A stretch of 64,000 bases of DNA from a virus, in IMG/VR virus record IMGVR_UViG_3300045988_130413. One strand, given 5' to 3'. The notes under the pieces were generated by a model. That model did no database searches. It saw nothing but the letters and a program-made list of their open reading frames with translations, and was not told where the DNA came from. Of the stretch, positions 39,553-49,345 are shown piece after piece. The translations under genes were made by a program, and so were the position numbers. Within the stretch, counting starts at the first letter, position 1; every line of letters begins with the position of its first letter.

Positions 39553-40092
39553 TTAATCCAATGTTTGAAAGTCAAAAGTGCCACCTCTTTCTTTCATTTC
39601 AGCCTGATATATATTTCGATCATAAGAGCCATGTGCACAGGCTGCGGTCATTGCTCTTTGATGACAAATATCGCATCTACAACATCCAAAAGTACCAATA
39701 CCTGTTGGATAAAACATATACGTGTATCCGCCACCTGAACAGCCGTGATATCCATGCGGATTTCCATGAACTTCAGTATCATGTTTCTTTTTCCAATCTC
39801 TGATAGCTACGCTTTCCTTCTCAGTAATTGGGAAACCTCTCCACATATCAGCCAATGCCGCATCTCTCTGTTTCTTCATATCCTGCATTTCTTTAGTTGC
39901 GTATGCTTCTTTTTCAAAATTATCTATCTTCTCTCTCAAAGACTCAATAGCTTTCTGCTTATCAAGAAGATTGACTTTAATATTGTCAAGGTATTCATCA
40001 ATAGTTTCTTCCCTGTTTAAAATAGGGATAGAATGACTTATAGACTTACCATTTTTATATTTATACATTGTTCCATCAGGACTATTAAACAT
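39553..40092 (-). CDS. hypothetical Cys/Gly-rich protein
   Basis: 179-aa ORF. Confidence 0.35.
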   Translation of the reverse strand: MFNSPDGTMYKYKNGKSISHSIPILNREETIDEYLDNIKVNLLDKQKAIESLREKIDNFEKEAYATKEMQDMKKQRDAALADMWRGFPITEKESVAIRDWKKKHDTEVHGNPHGYHGCSGGGYTYMFYPTGIGTFGCCRCDICHQRAMTAACAHGSYDRNIYQAEMKERGGTFDFQTLD

Positions 40093-40102
40093 ATATAACC
40101 TC

Positions 40103-40564
40103 CTACTGGTTCAAAAGTTCAGTCAGAACTTTATTGATAAGTTTTCCATCTGCCTTACCTTTAAGTTTAGGCATAATGTTTTTCATAACCATGCCTTTCA
40201 TTTTTGGTCCGATTGGCTCTGTAACAACCTGAGTAAGCTCAATTAACTCTTCATTAATAAAAGCTCGAATTTCATCCTCTGTCATAAGAGTTGGCGCAAA
40301 TTCTTTAATTACTTCAAGTCTATACTTATAAGATTCCAAAAGGTCTGTTCTTGTGGCAGGGCAAGTATCAATCATTTCCTGTACAGTTTTCTGTTCTTTT
40401 AAAATAACTGCATCAACCATGTCTTCTGGAATATTATTTCGACAATTTTTATCAATAGCCGCCTTTTTAATAGCATCAACAAGACTGGAAATAACATCTT
40501 TTCGAGCCTTGTCTTTAGCCTTCATTGCAGTAACCATCTCTTTCATAACTGTATCAAGTGTCAT
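40103..40564 (-). CDS. GatB/YqeY-domain protein
   Basis: KDKARKDVISSLVDAIKKAAIDK... typical of YqeY. Confidence 0.55.
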   Translation of the reverse strand: MTLDTVMKEMVTAMKAKDKARKDVISSLVDAIKKAAIDKNCRNNIPEDMVDAVILKEQKTVQEMIDTCPATRTDLLESYKYRLEVIKEFAPTLMTEDEIRAFINEELIELTQVVTEPIGPKMKGMVMKNIMPKLKGKADGKLINKVLTELLNQ

Positions 40565-40565
40565 T

Positions 40566-40862
40566 TTAATTCTCTCCTTTGTAATATTCTTTTACAAAAT
40601 CTTCTACTGGCGCAAAAGCTTTATAAGTTGACGATAATGCAACTAATTCTTTTACTCCTACAATTCCTGGAATATTTAAAAGCTCTTTAATTGCTAATGT
40701 TTCATTTGGAAACTGCTGTCTCTCAATATGACATTCTAAATCATCTTCATTTAAACATGGAATGAAAACGTATCTCCATGTATTAAACATTTCATCTTTT
40801 GAAATACAAAGTCTCCGATATGAATTTTTATTATCTTTTGAAATATGTAATTCAAGAAACAT
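40566..40862 (-). CDS. hypothetical protein
   Basis: 98-aa ORF. Confidence 0.35.
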   Translation of the reverse strand: MFLELHISKDNKNSYRRLCISKDEMFNTWRYVFIPCLNEDDLECHIERQQFPNETLAIKELLNIPGIVGVKELVALSSTYKAFAPVEDFVKEYYKGEN

Positions 40863-41116
40863 TATTTCCCCAGCCTCTCTTCAAAAGTAGTAATAAAATC
40901 TTCAACGCTTCTTTTTGGAGAAGCTGTTAAAAGAATTTCTATAATGTTTGGATATTTTCGTAAATCTCTAATAGCATCTATTTCTGACGCAAAAGTGCAT
41001 TTACAAATATGATGTTTAGTGAGATTTACATAACGATATTTCTGGAGATTCTTATCAAAAAGAATCTCCACTTCCTGCGGATCTTTATCTGAATAAAAGA
41101 TTTTAAAATGGAACAT
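40862..41116 (-). CDS. hypothetical protein
   Basis: 84-aa ORF. Confidence 0.35.
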   Translation of the reverse strand: MFHFKIFYSDKDPQEVEILFDKNLQKYRYVNLTKHHICKCTFASEIDAIRDLRKYPNIIEILLTASPKRSVEDFITTFEERLGK

Positions 41117-41307
41117 TAATATTTCTCCTTTCTTAAAATCCTATCCATTTTTTGTCTGCGGTTATCCGTTCTGGCGGGCTTACCACCTGGCTTCTTTTTA
41201 TACGTTGGGCAAGTCTGGCAATGACCGTAGAAGTCAGCCTCTTTGCCCAAATCACATTTTCCGTTACATACATAATGAATACAAGCGATTTCTCGCGTCT
41301 TTGCCAT
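41116..41307 (-). CDS. small zinc-finger protein
   Basis: CIHYVCNGKC...HCQTC. Confidence 0.35.
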   Translation of the reverse strand: MAKTREIACIHYVCNGKCDLGKEADFYGHCQTCPTYKKKPGGKPARTDNRRQKMDRILRKEKY

Positions 41308-41325
41308 TTTCTTTACTCCTTTTTA

Positions 41326-41505
41326 TTTATTTCCTAAAGTCATCTATAGTCATTATTAGATTCAAAACAAAACAAATTCCCCAACAAATAGCACAAAAGA
41401 TTGAAGTTCCAATCCTAAAATCTGTTGTAGCGAATGAAGCCTGCACACAAAAAAGAAGACAAACCACTAAATCTAAAAGTGCCGTTATAAGATACAAAAA
41501 TCCCA
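41326..41505 (-). CDS. 59-aa hydrophobic membrane peptide
   Basis: Manual translation MGFLYLITALLDLVVCLLFCVQASFATTDFRIGTSIFCAICWGICFVLNLIMTIDDFRK with AAGGGAG RBS; below ORF-track cutoff. Confidence 0.3.
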
Positions 41506-41525
41506 TAATATTTACTCCCTTCTTA

Positions 41526-41555
41526 GAAGTTCCATTCCTTAAGAATGGAACTTCA
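41526..41555 (-). terminator. perfect 12-bp hairpin overlapping RNA ligase stop codon
   Basis: GAAGTTCCATTC-CTTAAG-GAATGGAACTTC. Confidence 0.5.
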
Positions 41556-42729
41556 GTAGAAATTCATTGGAAACCGCTTTAAAGGACTGAACACCATCCT
41601 GAGAACGGAATACAAGACCTTCACGCATCTTTCCATCTACTACAGAATCACCGGTCGCAATAGCAAGAAGTTCATCAACTGTATCTGGAAGGATAAAGTT
41701 TTCATCCACAATCGGCACCCACGGAATACCATACTCCATCATTAATTTGCTTGCCCGCTTAGAATCCCAACGACCTTCCGCAGAAGTGATGAAGTTAAAT
41801 CCCATAAAGTTATGCTCTTTCAGAGAGTATTCTCTCTTCTGGATACCCTGACCATAAGTTTCACCTTGAAGTGTTACCCATTCAAGGTCTGGACGATTTC
41901 TGAGAATCTCCTGGAGAGTTGCTTCAACATTGTATTTTTCAGCCATTTCAACGTAAACGTTGGTATCATAAAAACAAGACTTATCTGGCTTATCAAATAC
42001 TACGTTACGAGAGCAGATATAAAACTCAAATTTTTCTTTCTTCAAGAAACGAGTTTTAGTTCTTTTCATTGTAAAGGTAGTAGAAGTACCATCAATTTTT
42101 TCAGTTGCAACCCATGGATTTTTATTCTCAAGAATCCAAGGCATGTTCTGTACACGCTCTTCATCTGTTTTAGAAACCCATGCCGGCCATCCGGTCTTCT
42201 TATCAGAAGTTTTACCAAAGAACAAGAATAAGATTTTCTTACCCCAAGTTCTACGCATTAACCATCTAAAAGGCTGATGAGAAAACAATTTTCCATGTCT
42301 CTGAGCCATCTTTTTGTACTTATCTACAGAAGATGCTTTACGAGCATTATCTTCTTCAACTGCATAAGTTACTTTTAATTTCTGAGTTAAAAAGTCACCA
42401 AGTTTATAAGCATCTTTCTCCCAACCGAAGTCCTCAAAGCCCATCAACAGACCCTGAGAAATTACAGTACCTTTAAAATATTTCTGAGTCTTAATTTTAA
42501 AATGCTTCGGCTCAAGAAACATAAATGGCTCTTCTGCTGGAACTTTAGAATCAATCTCAAAGTAAACAGCTAAATCACCTGGCTTAAACTGGTCTTTACG
42601 AACCATAATATGCCAACCATTTACGATAGCTACTTCTACTCTGTCAGCTCCTTCAATAGGACGAATCTCGTCAACTTTGACAACATAAGCAAGCTCTCTT
42701 TCTTTCTTTTCATTCAGCATACCTATCAA
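41539..42729 (-). CDS. ATP-dependent RNA ligase (Rnl-family nucleotidyltransferase with N-terminal OB-like domain)
   Basis: Motif I VATEKIDGTS (KxDG), motif IV/V EGLVFR; consensus promoter upstream. Confidence 0.65.
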   Translation of the reverse strand: MIGMLNEKKERELAYVVKVDEIRPIEGADRVEVAIVNGWHIMVRKDQFKPGDLAVYFEIDSKVPAEEPFMFLEPKHFKIKTQKYFKGTVISQGLLMGFEDFGWEKDAYKLGDFLTQKLKVTYAVEEDNARKASSVDKYKKMAQRHGKLFSHQPFRWLMRRTWGKKILFLFFGKTSDKKTGWPAWVSKTDEERVQNMPWILENKNPWVATEKIDGTSTTFTMKRTKTRFLKKEKFEFYICSRNVVFDKPDKSCFYDTNVYVEMAEKYNVEATLQEILRNRPDLEWVTLQGETYGQGIQKREYSLKEHNFMGFNFITSAEGRWDSKRASKLMMEYGIPWVPIVDENFILPDTVDELLAIATGDSVVDGKMREGLVFRSQDGVQSFKAVSNEFLLKFHS

Positions 42730-42752
42730 TCTCCTTTATTTATTGTAAATAT

Positions 42753-42781
42753 ATTATATAAAATTTTTAAAAGTAAATCAA
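42753..42781 (-). promoter_or_regulatory. consensus phage promoter upstream of RNA ligase
   Basis: TTGATT-17-TATAAT. Confidence 0.5.
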
Positions 42782-43353
42782 TTAAGGTCTGTTTCTTTCA
42801 AACAATCGTGGTAAATTTTAATAAGGGTTTTTTTATTTAGAAATGCCTTATTTCCAATGCCATTTTGCTCTCTCCACGCTAAACGATATAATACTTTATC
42901 TATAAACATTTTAGTCGCAGGGTGCATTGCAATAGGATTTTTAGTTTTATTCTGCCACCATTTATATTCTCCTTGATATGTAAAAGTATTTCCCATATAA
43001 GCATGTCCCGCACCTAAATAATCACAAAGTAATTCCAAAAGATATTTGTCTGGCATTGGGAGTGCAGTGCCACCTTTATCGAAATTATCCTGCCAGTACT
43101 CGTAGTGGTGTCGATTCCGACCTTTATGATGCTGCCAAGCTAAAGACATTCCATTTTCTTCTTTACAAGCATCTATTGGAGAGCGAGTCCCCTGCCAATA
43201 TTTGACACCTTCCCAAAATTCAACAGGAGAAAATTTAGATAAATCGTGTGTAATTCCCTGCTTATAAAGACCAATTTTAAAGCAGTATTTTCCTACCCAA
43301 TATTTATGTTTACATACAGTTTTTAAATGTCCAAAAAAGTTTTTAATTTTCAT
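42778..43353 (-). CDS. hypothetical protein
   Basis: 191-aa ORF. Confidence 0.4.
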   Translation of the reverse strand: MKIKNFFGHLKTVCKHKYWVGKYCFKIGLYKQGITHDLSKFSPVEFWEGVKYWQGTRSPIDACKEENGMSLAWQHHKGRNRHHYEYWQDNFDKGGTALPMPDKYLLELLCDYLGAGHAYMGNTFTYQGEYKWWQNKTKNPIAMHPATKMFIDKVLYRLAWREQNGIGNKAFLNKKTLIKIYHDCLKETDLN

Positions 43354-43372
43354 ATTTTATTCCTCTAAATAT

Positions 43373-43762
43373 TCATACTCTATTTAAATATTCATACTCT
43401 ATTTTATGCAAAGAATCATCTTTTTTATAATAAACATAAGTACATTTTACCTGTATCTCATCTCCTTCTTTAATGGTATTAAAGATAGAAGAAGAAACGT
43501 CTACTTTTTCATTATTTACGCCATATAAATAATATGAATGAGTTGTAACAGGAATAAGAACCTTCCCGCTCATTACAACAGAATGATGTACATCATCCTC
43601 TTTATTTATAACTTCAACTGTTCTTACTTCAGTTTTTAAATAAAATTGGTCATAATACTTCTTTATCCCAGCTATAATTCCAATACAAGCTGCGACAATA
43701 AGCACCACAACTACAATGTGCTTCATAATTTCTTTTAATCTTTGTTTTTTCCAATAGTTCAT
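43373..43762 (-). CDS. membrane protein
   Basis: N-terminal TM HIVVVVLIVAACIGIIAGI. Confidence 0.35.
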   Translation of the reverse strand: MNYWKKQRLKEIMKHIVVVVLIVAACIGIIAGIKKYYDQFYLKTEVRTVEVINKEDDVHHSVVMSGKVLIPVTTHSYYLYGVNNEKVDVSSSIFNTIKEGDEIQVKCTYVYYKKDDSLHKIEYEYLNRV

Positions 43763-44091
43763 TATTCAACTCTCCAACCGGCTTCCTTACAAACTCTTTT
43801 CATATTCTGAACTCCAACAGGATTCATACTATGAAATTTAAAAGTCGCATAAATATGCCAGCCCCGCAGTCTTTGGCAACATTCAAGCCAGTCAAGAATT
43901 TTAATATAGTCTCCGCCTTTCTCATAATATTCACCGGCATCATGATCTAAATTAATTTCATTAACTTCAAGAATGTCTCCTTCTGGTCTGACAAGAGTAA
44001 TAAGACACATTTCTGCGTCCCAAACACTCTTAATCCAAATATAAGATTCATCTGGTGCGGGCCGCATATCATCAATCCAAAGTTTAATCAT
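43762..44091 (-). CDS. hypothetical protein
   Basis: 109-aa ORF. Confidence 0.35.
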   Translation of the reverse strand: MIKLWIDDMRPAPDESYIWIKSVWDAEMCLITLVRPEGDILEVNEINLDHDAGEYYEKGGDYIKILDWLECCQRLRGWHIYATFKFHSMNPVGVQNMKRVCKEAGWRVE

Positions 44092-44092
44092 A

Positions 44093-44911
44093 TTATTTCA
44101 CCTCAAATTTCCAATAATAGAAGTTATACTGTTTCTTTGTATTGTAGGATTTTTTAATCCTTTTGGCTACATTGTTTACATTTACAGTTGGATTGTTTCT
44201 CATACTCTTATCATATGATTTAACATATTCAACTGCTTCTTTAAGATTCTCAAATTTCTTAGTTCTTTCTTCTTCAAAATTTTTAGTAGGGCAACAGAAA
44301 ACATCAAAACGAGTATCTTCATATTCGATTTGGTCAGTTGTAATTTCCTTATACTCCATAAAGACATTTGCATCTACTTCAGAAGCTTTCTCATTTTTAC
44401 AGCCTTCATAAACCTCTTTTAACATCTTCGCATCATCAAGAGAATTATGGGTCTGAACAATCTCTTCTCCTCTAAAATATTCGCAAACTTTAGCAAGATT
44501 AATCAGCTTAATTAAGCCAAAATGAACTTTGACGGCAGGAGCAAAATCCTTCATATCTGTATTCATATAGCCAAGAATTGCTTTTGCCTTAAAGCTATTT
44601 GTTTTGCGGAAGGTCGCTTTGATAAAATCTGTATCACAATTCCCATAACAATAAAACTCAGGAATATCATCGCCGCAATCTTCAAAGCAAAAATCAAAAA
44701 ACTTATTGAATACTTCTTCTGGAGAAGGAGCTGCCTCAACCATTTCTGTAGTAATACCTGTTAAATCAGTGATAAACTTAGAAACATTCTTCTTTGTATT
44801 CTCTGGAGTATGTACAAGAGAATAAAATTCTTTTCCATCTTCTCGAACACATCCAATAGAAATAATGTAATTGGAAAACTGCATTGCTTCAAAGTCAATA
44901 AAATATTTCAT
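44093..44911 (-). CDS. DEDDh 3'-5' exonuclease (DnaQ/RNase T-like)
   Basis: Exo I FIDFEA, Exo III HNSLDDAKML. Confidence 0.6.
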   Translation of the reverse strand: MKYFIDFEAMQFSNYIISIGCVREDGKEFYSLVHTPENTKKNVSKFITDLTGITTEMVEAAPSPEEVFNKFFDFCFEDCGDDIPEFYCYGNCDTDFIKATFRKTNSFKAKAILGYMNTDMKDFAPAVKVHFGLIKLINLAKVCEYFRGEEIVQTHNSLDDAKMLKEVYEGCKNEKASEVDANVFMEYKEITTDQIEYEDTRFDVFCCPTKNFEEERTKKFENLKEAVEYVKSYDKSMRNNPTVNVNNVAKRIKKSYNTKKQYNFYYWKFEVK

Positions 44912-44929
44912 AATGTATCAATCCTCTCT

Positions 44930-45112
44930 TTAGTCAAGTCTTACTTTTTTAGTATAAAGTTTCTTTTCAACGATGCTTCCGCATTCTGGACATCTAAAAT
45001 AAGAAAAAATAGAATTTCGACATTCATCTTGTGACGCAATAAATACACAATGACATTTTGAACATTTTAACCGATAACCATATTTTTCGCCAGATTTAAA
45101 AATTTTAATCAT
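44930..45112 (-). CDS. zinc-ribbon protein
   Basis: CSKCHC...CPECG. Confidence 0.35.
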   Translation of the reverse strand: MIKIFKSGEKYGYRLKCSKCHCVFIASQDECRNSIFSYFRCPECGSIVEKKLYTKKVRLD

Positions 45113-45145
45113 TTCTTTTTATCCTTTCCTTAACTTTCTATATAT

Positions 45146-45174
45146 ATTATATTATAATTTTAATAAAAAATCAA
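45146..45174 (-). promoter_or_regulatory. consensus phage promoter
   Basis: TTGATT-17-TATAAT. Confidence 0.5.
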
Positions 45175-45186
45175 TAAAGGAAAAAC

Positions 45187-45975
45187 TTATTCAGTTTTTC
45201 CTTTATCAAAATTAGGAGATTTTCTAAAATAAGCAGGAAGTAAATAATTTGGGTCGTTCCATCTTTTCCATATCTCGTCTAAGTCTTCGATTACTTTAAA
45301 ATATTGTTCAACGTGCGGGCGCTCTATTCTGTCTGCATGAAAGTGACCAAAAAGCCAAACATTCCAATTAATCTTATCTTTAAAAGAATCAAACCAAACT
45401 TCCATAGAATCATCTACAGTGGACTGGTCAATCATAGATAAAAACAAATCAGTTGGTTCCCAACTTAATGGACAAGTATGAGTAAAGACAAAATCAAAAT
45501 TTTGTCCTGCATACATCGCTTCAATAGTCTGCATTTCTGCTTCTGTTAACTGCTCATTTGGATACCAAGTATAATGATTTTCAAGTCTATACCACTTATC
45601 CACAGAATAAGCTCCACCTATTACAAGCGTATTATGACCAAGAAAATCATAATTAGAGCCATCCATGAGATAATGGATATGAGGATAACCGGGTTCAATG
45701 AAAACATAATTCGCAACATCATCATCCCAAACCTCTTCAATACCTTTAACATCTTCTGGACGAGCTTCATGATTCCCCCTTACTAAATAAAATGTGCATC
45801 CATATTGTTCAAGTTGCATCTTAATATCATGTCGCCTTGCCGCACTCTTGTAAAAATTAACCCCTGCATCTCCTAAGATAATAATACCAGTCTCTTTTGG
45901 ATTTTGTATTTCAAGCCATTCAAAACGATCCATACAGCCATGAGTATCTCCTGTTACAAAAAACTGTTTAATCAT
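45187..45975 (-). CDS. calcineurin-like metallophosphoesterase
   Basis: GDTHG, GDAG, GNHE, GHFH motifs. Confidence 0.65.
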   Translation of the reverse strand: MIKQFFVTGDTHGCMDRFEWLEIQNPKETGIIILGDAGVNFYKSAARRHDIKMQLEQYGCTFYLVRGNHEARPEDVKGIEEVWDDDVANYVFIEPGYPHIHYLMDGSNYDFLGHNTLVIGGAYSVDKWYRLENHYTWYPNEQLTEAEMQTIEAMYAGQNFDFVFTHTCPLSWEPTDLFLSMIDQSTVDDSMEVWFDSFKDKINWNVWLFGHFHADRIERPHVEQYFKVIEDLDEIWKRWNDPNYLLPAYFRKSPNFDKGKTE

Positions 45976-46793
45976 TCCCTTTCCTCCAACTCAAAAGCAA
46001 TACTTTTCTTCATAATTTCTGCTTGAACTTCTTGAAGAAGATTTTCAGCTTCTTCATCAGTATAGTTAAATTCAGAATCTTTTGTATATGGGGCACAAAT
46101 TTTATCAATATGAGCCATATGTTCATCTGCAACTTTAATAGCTTTTTCTTTTGGATAAAGACCAGTTTTAATGTCTTTTAAATATTGCGGGTTAGCTGGA
46201 CATAAACATTCTTTATATGGTGCTCCAGCGATATATTTATCGAGGTATTCATCAATTCTTACAAGCTGATAAAGCTGTTTTGGGTCATAGTTAAACTTTT
46301 CAAAAGCTTCTTTATGTGCTTCAGTCTCTTTAATAAGAGCATATCTTTTTCCAAGAGCAATACCAGACATAGCCTTTACTGCGAAATAAGGATTATAATG
46401 TGCAATAACTTCATTTTCCGCAATTAATTTATTCCATTCTTTTTCATACATTGGATTGATGATTTTATAATTAGTGAAAAGAATCTCAATAAAATTTAGA
46501 TTCTGTTTGCGGAAAGTATCAAACATAAGTCTAATATCTTTAAAGTCAATATGCTCTCCATTAGCCCTAAAATGAGTTGTAGACATAGGCTTACGATTAT
46601 AAATAAAATCATTTAATGTTGGAGTGGTAATAAGTTTTGTATCAATATCAGAATCTTCAGTCTCAAGACCGTAATTCTGACTACCTTGCAGAAAAATACC
46701 TACAATATTATTTTTAGCAAAGTATTGTTTAGATTCAAGATAATGCTCTTGAATACCACTCGCAGTTTTAATTATTGTATTAAGGTCTGCCAT
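45972..46793 (-). CDS. Pol-beta superfamily nucleotidyltransferase
   Basis: GIFLQGSQNYGLETEDSDIDT (GS...DxD). Confidence 0.55.
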   Translation of the reverse strand: MADLNTIIKTASGIQEHYLESKQYFAKNNIVGIFLQGSQNYGLETEDSDIDTKLITTPTLNDFIYNRKPMSTTHFRANGEHIDFKDIRLMFDTFRKQNLNFIEILFTNYKIINPMYEKEWNKLIAENEVIAHYNPYFAVKAMSGIALGKRYALIKETEAHKEAFEKFNYDPKQLYQLVRIDEYLDKYIAGAPYKECLCPANPQYLKDIKTGLYPKEKAIKVADEHMAHIDKICAPYTKDSEFNYTDEEAENLLQEVQAEIMKKSIAFELEERE

Positions 46794-46825
46794 ACTTTCT
46801 CACCTTCCTTTAACTTTCTATATAT

Positions 46826-46854
46826 ATTATAATAAATTTTTAATAAAAAATCAA
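46826..46854 (-). promoter_or_regulatory. consensus phage promoter
   Basis: TTGATT-17-TATAAT. Confidence 0.5.
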
Positions 46855-46883
46855 AAAGGGAGAAAATATTTAAACTTTCTCCC

Positions 46884-47240
46884 TTAATCATCGGTTGCCC
46901 ATTGTCCCTTTTTAATCAATCTTACAAGTTCATAATCATGCTGGGTTGGTTCAACATAAAATTTATATTTCGCAGAAGCATACTCAGGAATGTCAAAATG
47001 ATGATTTGCGTTCCATACATAATCTAAACAATCAATAACAGCTTGTTGTTTATCTTTATCAGTTCCATTTGTGTTTGCAGAAATATAAGCTAAGATTTCT
47101 TCTTCTTCGCTTCCCCAATCATAAGATGGAAAAATTTGCATCTTTTCCGCAGGTTTATGTCGAAAAGACATACCTAAAGATGTAAATAATACACATAAAA
47201 GAATAATTAAAAACATTTTTTCTTTCCAGTTAAAATTCAT
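46884..47240 (-). CDS. secreted/lipoprotein-like hypothetical protein
   Basis: Signal-peptide-like MFLIILLCVLFTSLG. Confidence 0.35.
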   Translation of the reverse strand: MNFNWKEKMFLIILLCVLFTSLGMSFRHKPAEKMQIFPSYDWGSEEEEILAYISANTNGTDKDKQQAVIDCLDYVWNANHHFDIPEYASAKYKFYVEPTQHDYELVRLIKKGQWATDD

Positions 47241-47254
47241 ACATGAATCCTTTC

Positions 47255-47683
47255 TTATAAGAAATAATGTAATACAGGAATATATTTATCCCGCAATTTT
47301 TCAGTAAGCGTATCAGTTAAAGTCATATGGTCTTTCATATCTGCCTGTTTAACGATAAAAGCATAATCATCTTTTGCGTCAATAATTTTATGAATATAAT
47401 CTTCATATTTTTCTTGAGGGTCTTTTGTTAAAAGAACTAATGAATTATAACTCTCTATTCCCAGAATAGACATTAAATCTTCTTTTGGACATTCAGTGTC
47501 TTCTAACAAATCGTGCGCCAAAGCAATCATATAAGCTTTTGTTATATCCATTTTTAAAAGGTCAGCTTTTGCGGTCGCATATTCAGCAACCCGCAAAGCA
47601 TGAGCTAATTTTTTCTTAGGATAATATTGAGCTGCTAAAGTGAATAATTTATTCATTTTTGTAATATCATAATTATAACCCAT
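47255..47683 (-). CDS. HD-domain phosphohydrolase (YfbR-like 5'-deoxynucleotidase family, DatZ-like)
   Basis: HALRVA...ALAHDLLEDT (H..HD..D). Confidence 0.6.
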   Translation of the reverse strand: MGYNYDITKMNKLFTLAAQYYPKKKLAHALRVAEYATAKADLLKMDITKAYMIALAHDLLEDTECPKEDLMSILGIESYNSLVLLTKDPQEKYEDYIHKIIDAKDDYAFIVKQADMKDHMTLTDTLTEKLRDKYIPVLHYFL

Positions 47684-47991
47684 TAATGTCCCTCCTCACA
47701 AATACCTAAAGAAATTTCTCCTGTATATCCGCAATAATACATGGAAAGTTTCTTAGAGCCTTTTTTAGAAAAATAATACCAGGTATCCTGTTCCCAGCCA
47801 TTAGTATCCCAGTCATCATCTCTATCATAACCAAGTTTATCAAAAACATCCATAAACTGACATGGACCAAGGTTTAAAAGGCTAAGTTCAATATTTGTAG
47901 CATTACCAACTTCAAGCTCATGAATTACACCTCTTATAAAAGGCATTACTTTATCAATATCTTCCTCAGAAATGCTATATCCTCTTATCAT
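47683..47991 (-). CDS. hypothetical protein
   Basis: 102-aa ORF. Confidence 0.35.
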   Translation of the reverse strand: MIRGYSISEEDIDKVMPFIRGVIHELEVGNATNIELSLLNLGPCQFMDVFDKLGYDRDDDWDTNGWEQDTWYYFSKKGSKKLSMYYCGYTGEISLGICEEGH

Positions 47992-48856
47992 TTATTCTTC
48001 TCCTATATAAATTAAATCATCAACGTATTTGCGGTCTTCGCCTTTTAAAATAGGCATATTTTTATCAATAGCCCAGATAGGTCTTTCTTCAATAATTGTA
48101 GTTGTAACTCTATCTTCTCCAAAAGGCTGAGGTTCTCTTTTTATATTTTCAGTTACTTTTGTTGCAACTTTAATACATGCAGTTCCTCGTTTACATGGTA
48201 TTGTAAAGTCATTCCAGTTAATGCCATATTTGGTCATTAACATATCTTGAATCATATTACAAGTTTTATCTTGAAGTTCATCATGTGAAAAATGAGCTTG
48301 TCCAACCATTTGAATACTATTTCTTGTTGCATCAAGTTGCCGCCAATAAATGAGGTTAGTTACCTCTTCTTTTGGAATGTTAAAACATCTGGCATCAAAC
48401 ATTGCCCCTTTTTCTACTGCACTTATATAATTGTCAAGTAAGCCTTCTCTTCTCTTTACAAGGGGGTCATGAGTTAAATTATATTCAACTACATTTTCAG
48501 AAAAATATTTGTTAAAAGCCATTGTTGCCATAGAAGCTGATACAGAGGTTAATTTTTGAACCTCATAATCAAACCAAGCATCTGAAGTGAATTTTTGATA
48601 ATCTACTAAAATCAGAGTAATTTCATCTGATTGTGTATATCCAAAAACGCAACCTTGAATATTTTCACATAGATATTTCATTGTTTGTTGCATTGTATCC
48701 ATTAGCACAAAGTCAAATGGTTTTTGAAAACCTCTTGTAAAAGTATGAAACGCCTTGCCGTCAAAGACGTATCGCTACTGGTGTTCTTCTCATAAGAACA
48801 GTTTTACTAACTTTTTCATAATTTTTCATTCTGTTAGCTAAATCACTTCTATCCAT
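47992..48856 (-). CDS. Thg1-like 3'-5' nucleotidyltransferase (tRNA-His guanylyltransferase family); needs +1 frameshift at CUU UGA C (~48763-48769)
   Basis: N-terminal frame MDRSDLANRMKNYEKVSKTVLMRRTPVAIRL then stop; +1 frame continues DGKAFHTF...FVLMDTMQQTMKYL...VFGYTQSDEITLIL...YWRQLDATRN, matching Thg1 VVVRLDGRNFHRF...IAYGQSDEYSFVF...SWRQ. Confidence 0.65.
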
Positions 48857-49151
48857 GCGATGTATACCATTCTTTTAAAGTTTTTATACACTTATCATAA
48901 TAATCATATTCGCTTTTTCTTATTTTTCCCTTATGCCATAAAATTTGATATGGCTTTAAATGTCCATAAGCCCAAAAATCATAAGTATATTCGCCATCAT
49001 GCCACATTAAATGTGGACAAAATACTTCATTTAATCTTGCGGGAATGTATTTTATCTTTACTTTTATAGGATGCTTAATCTTAGCTTTAATAGCTTCGAT
49101 TAAGCAATTACTATAAAAATATTCAGAGATATATGTCATAATTTTGGACAC
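48849..49151 (-). CDS. hypothetical protein
   Basis: 100-aa ORF, stop overlaps Thg1-like start (ATGGATAG). Confidence 0.35.
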   Translation of the reverse strand: MSKIMTYISEYFYSNCLIEAIKAKIKHPIKVKIKYIPARLNEVFCPHLMWHDGEYTYDFWAYGHLKPYQILWHKGKIRKSEYDYYDKCIKTLKEWYTSHG

Positions 49152-49345
49152 CAGCCTGGAATATCAGTATATCTTCTTAAATGCCAATCATCACCTGCAA
49201 CCAATTTGTCATGTCCTTTTACATCTTTAACGAGTTTACAATAACATCCTTCCTCATGGTCCCAAGAATCTGGAGTATAAATAGGACGAACATCATGATC
49301 TGGACAATCAAGGCAATTTGTAATTGTAATAGTAAAAGAATTCAT
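49136..49345 (-). CDS. hypothetical Cys-rich protein
   Basis: 69-aa ORF. Confidence 0.3.
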   Translation of the reverse strand: MNSFTITITNCLDCPDHDVRPIYTPDSWDHEEGCYCKLVKDVKGHDKLVAGDDWHLRRYTDIPGWCPKL

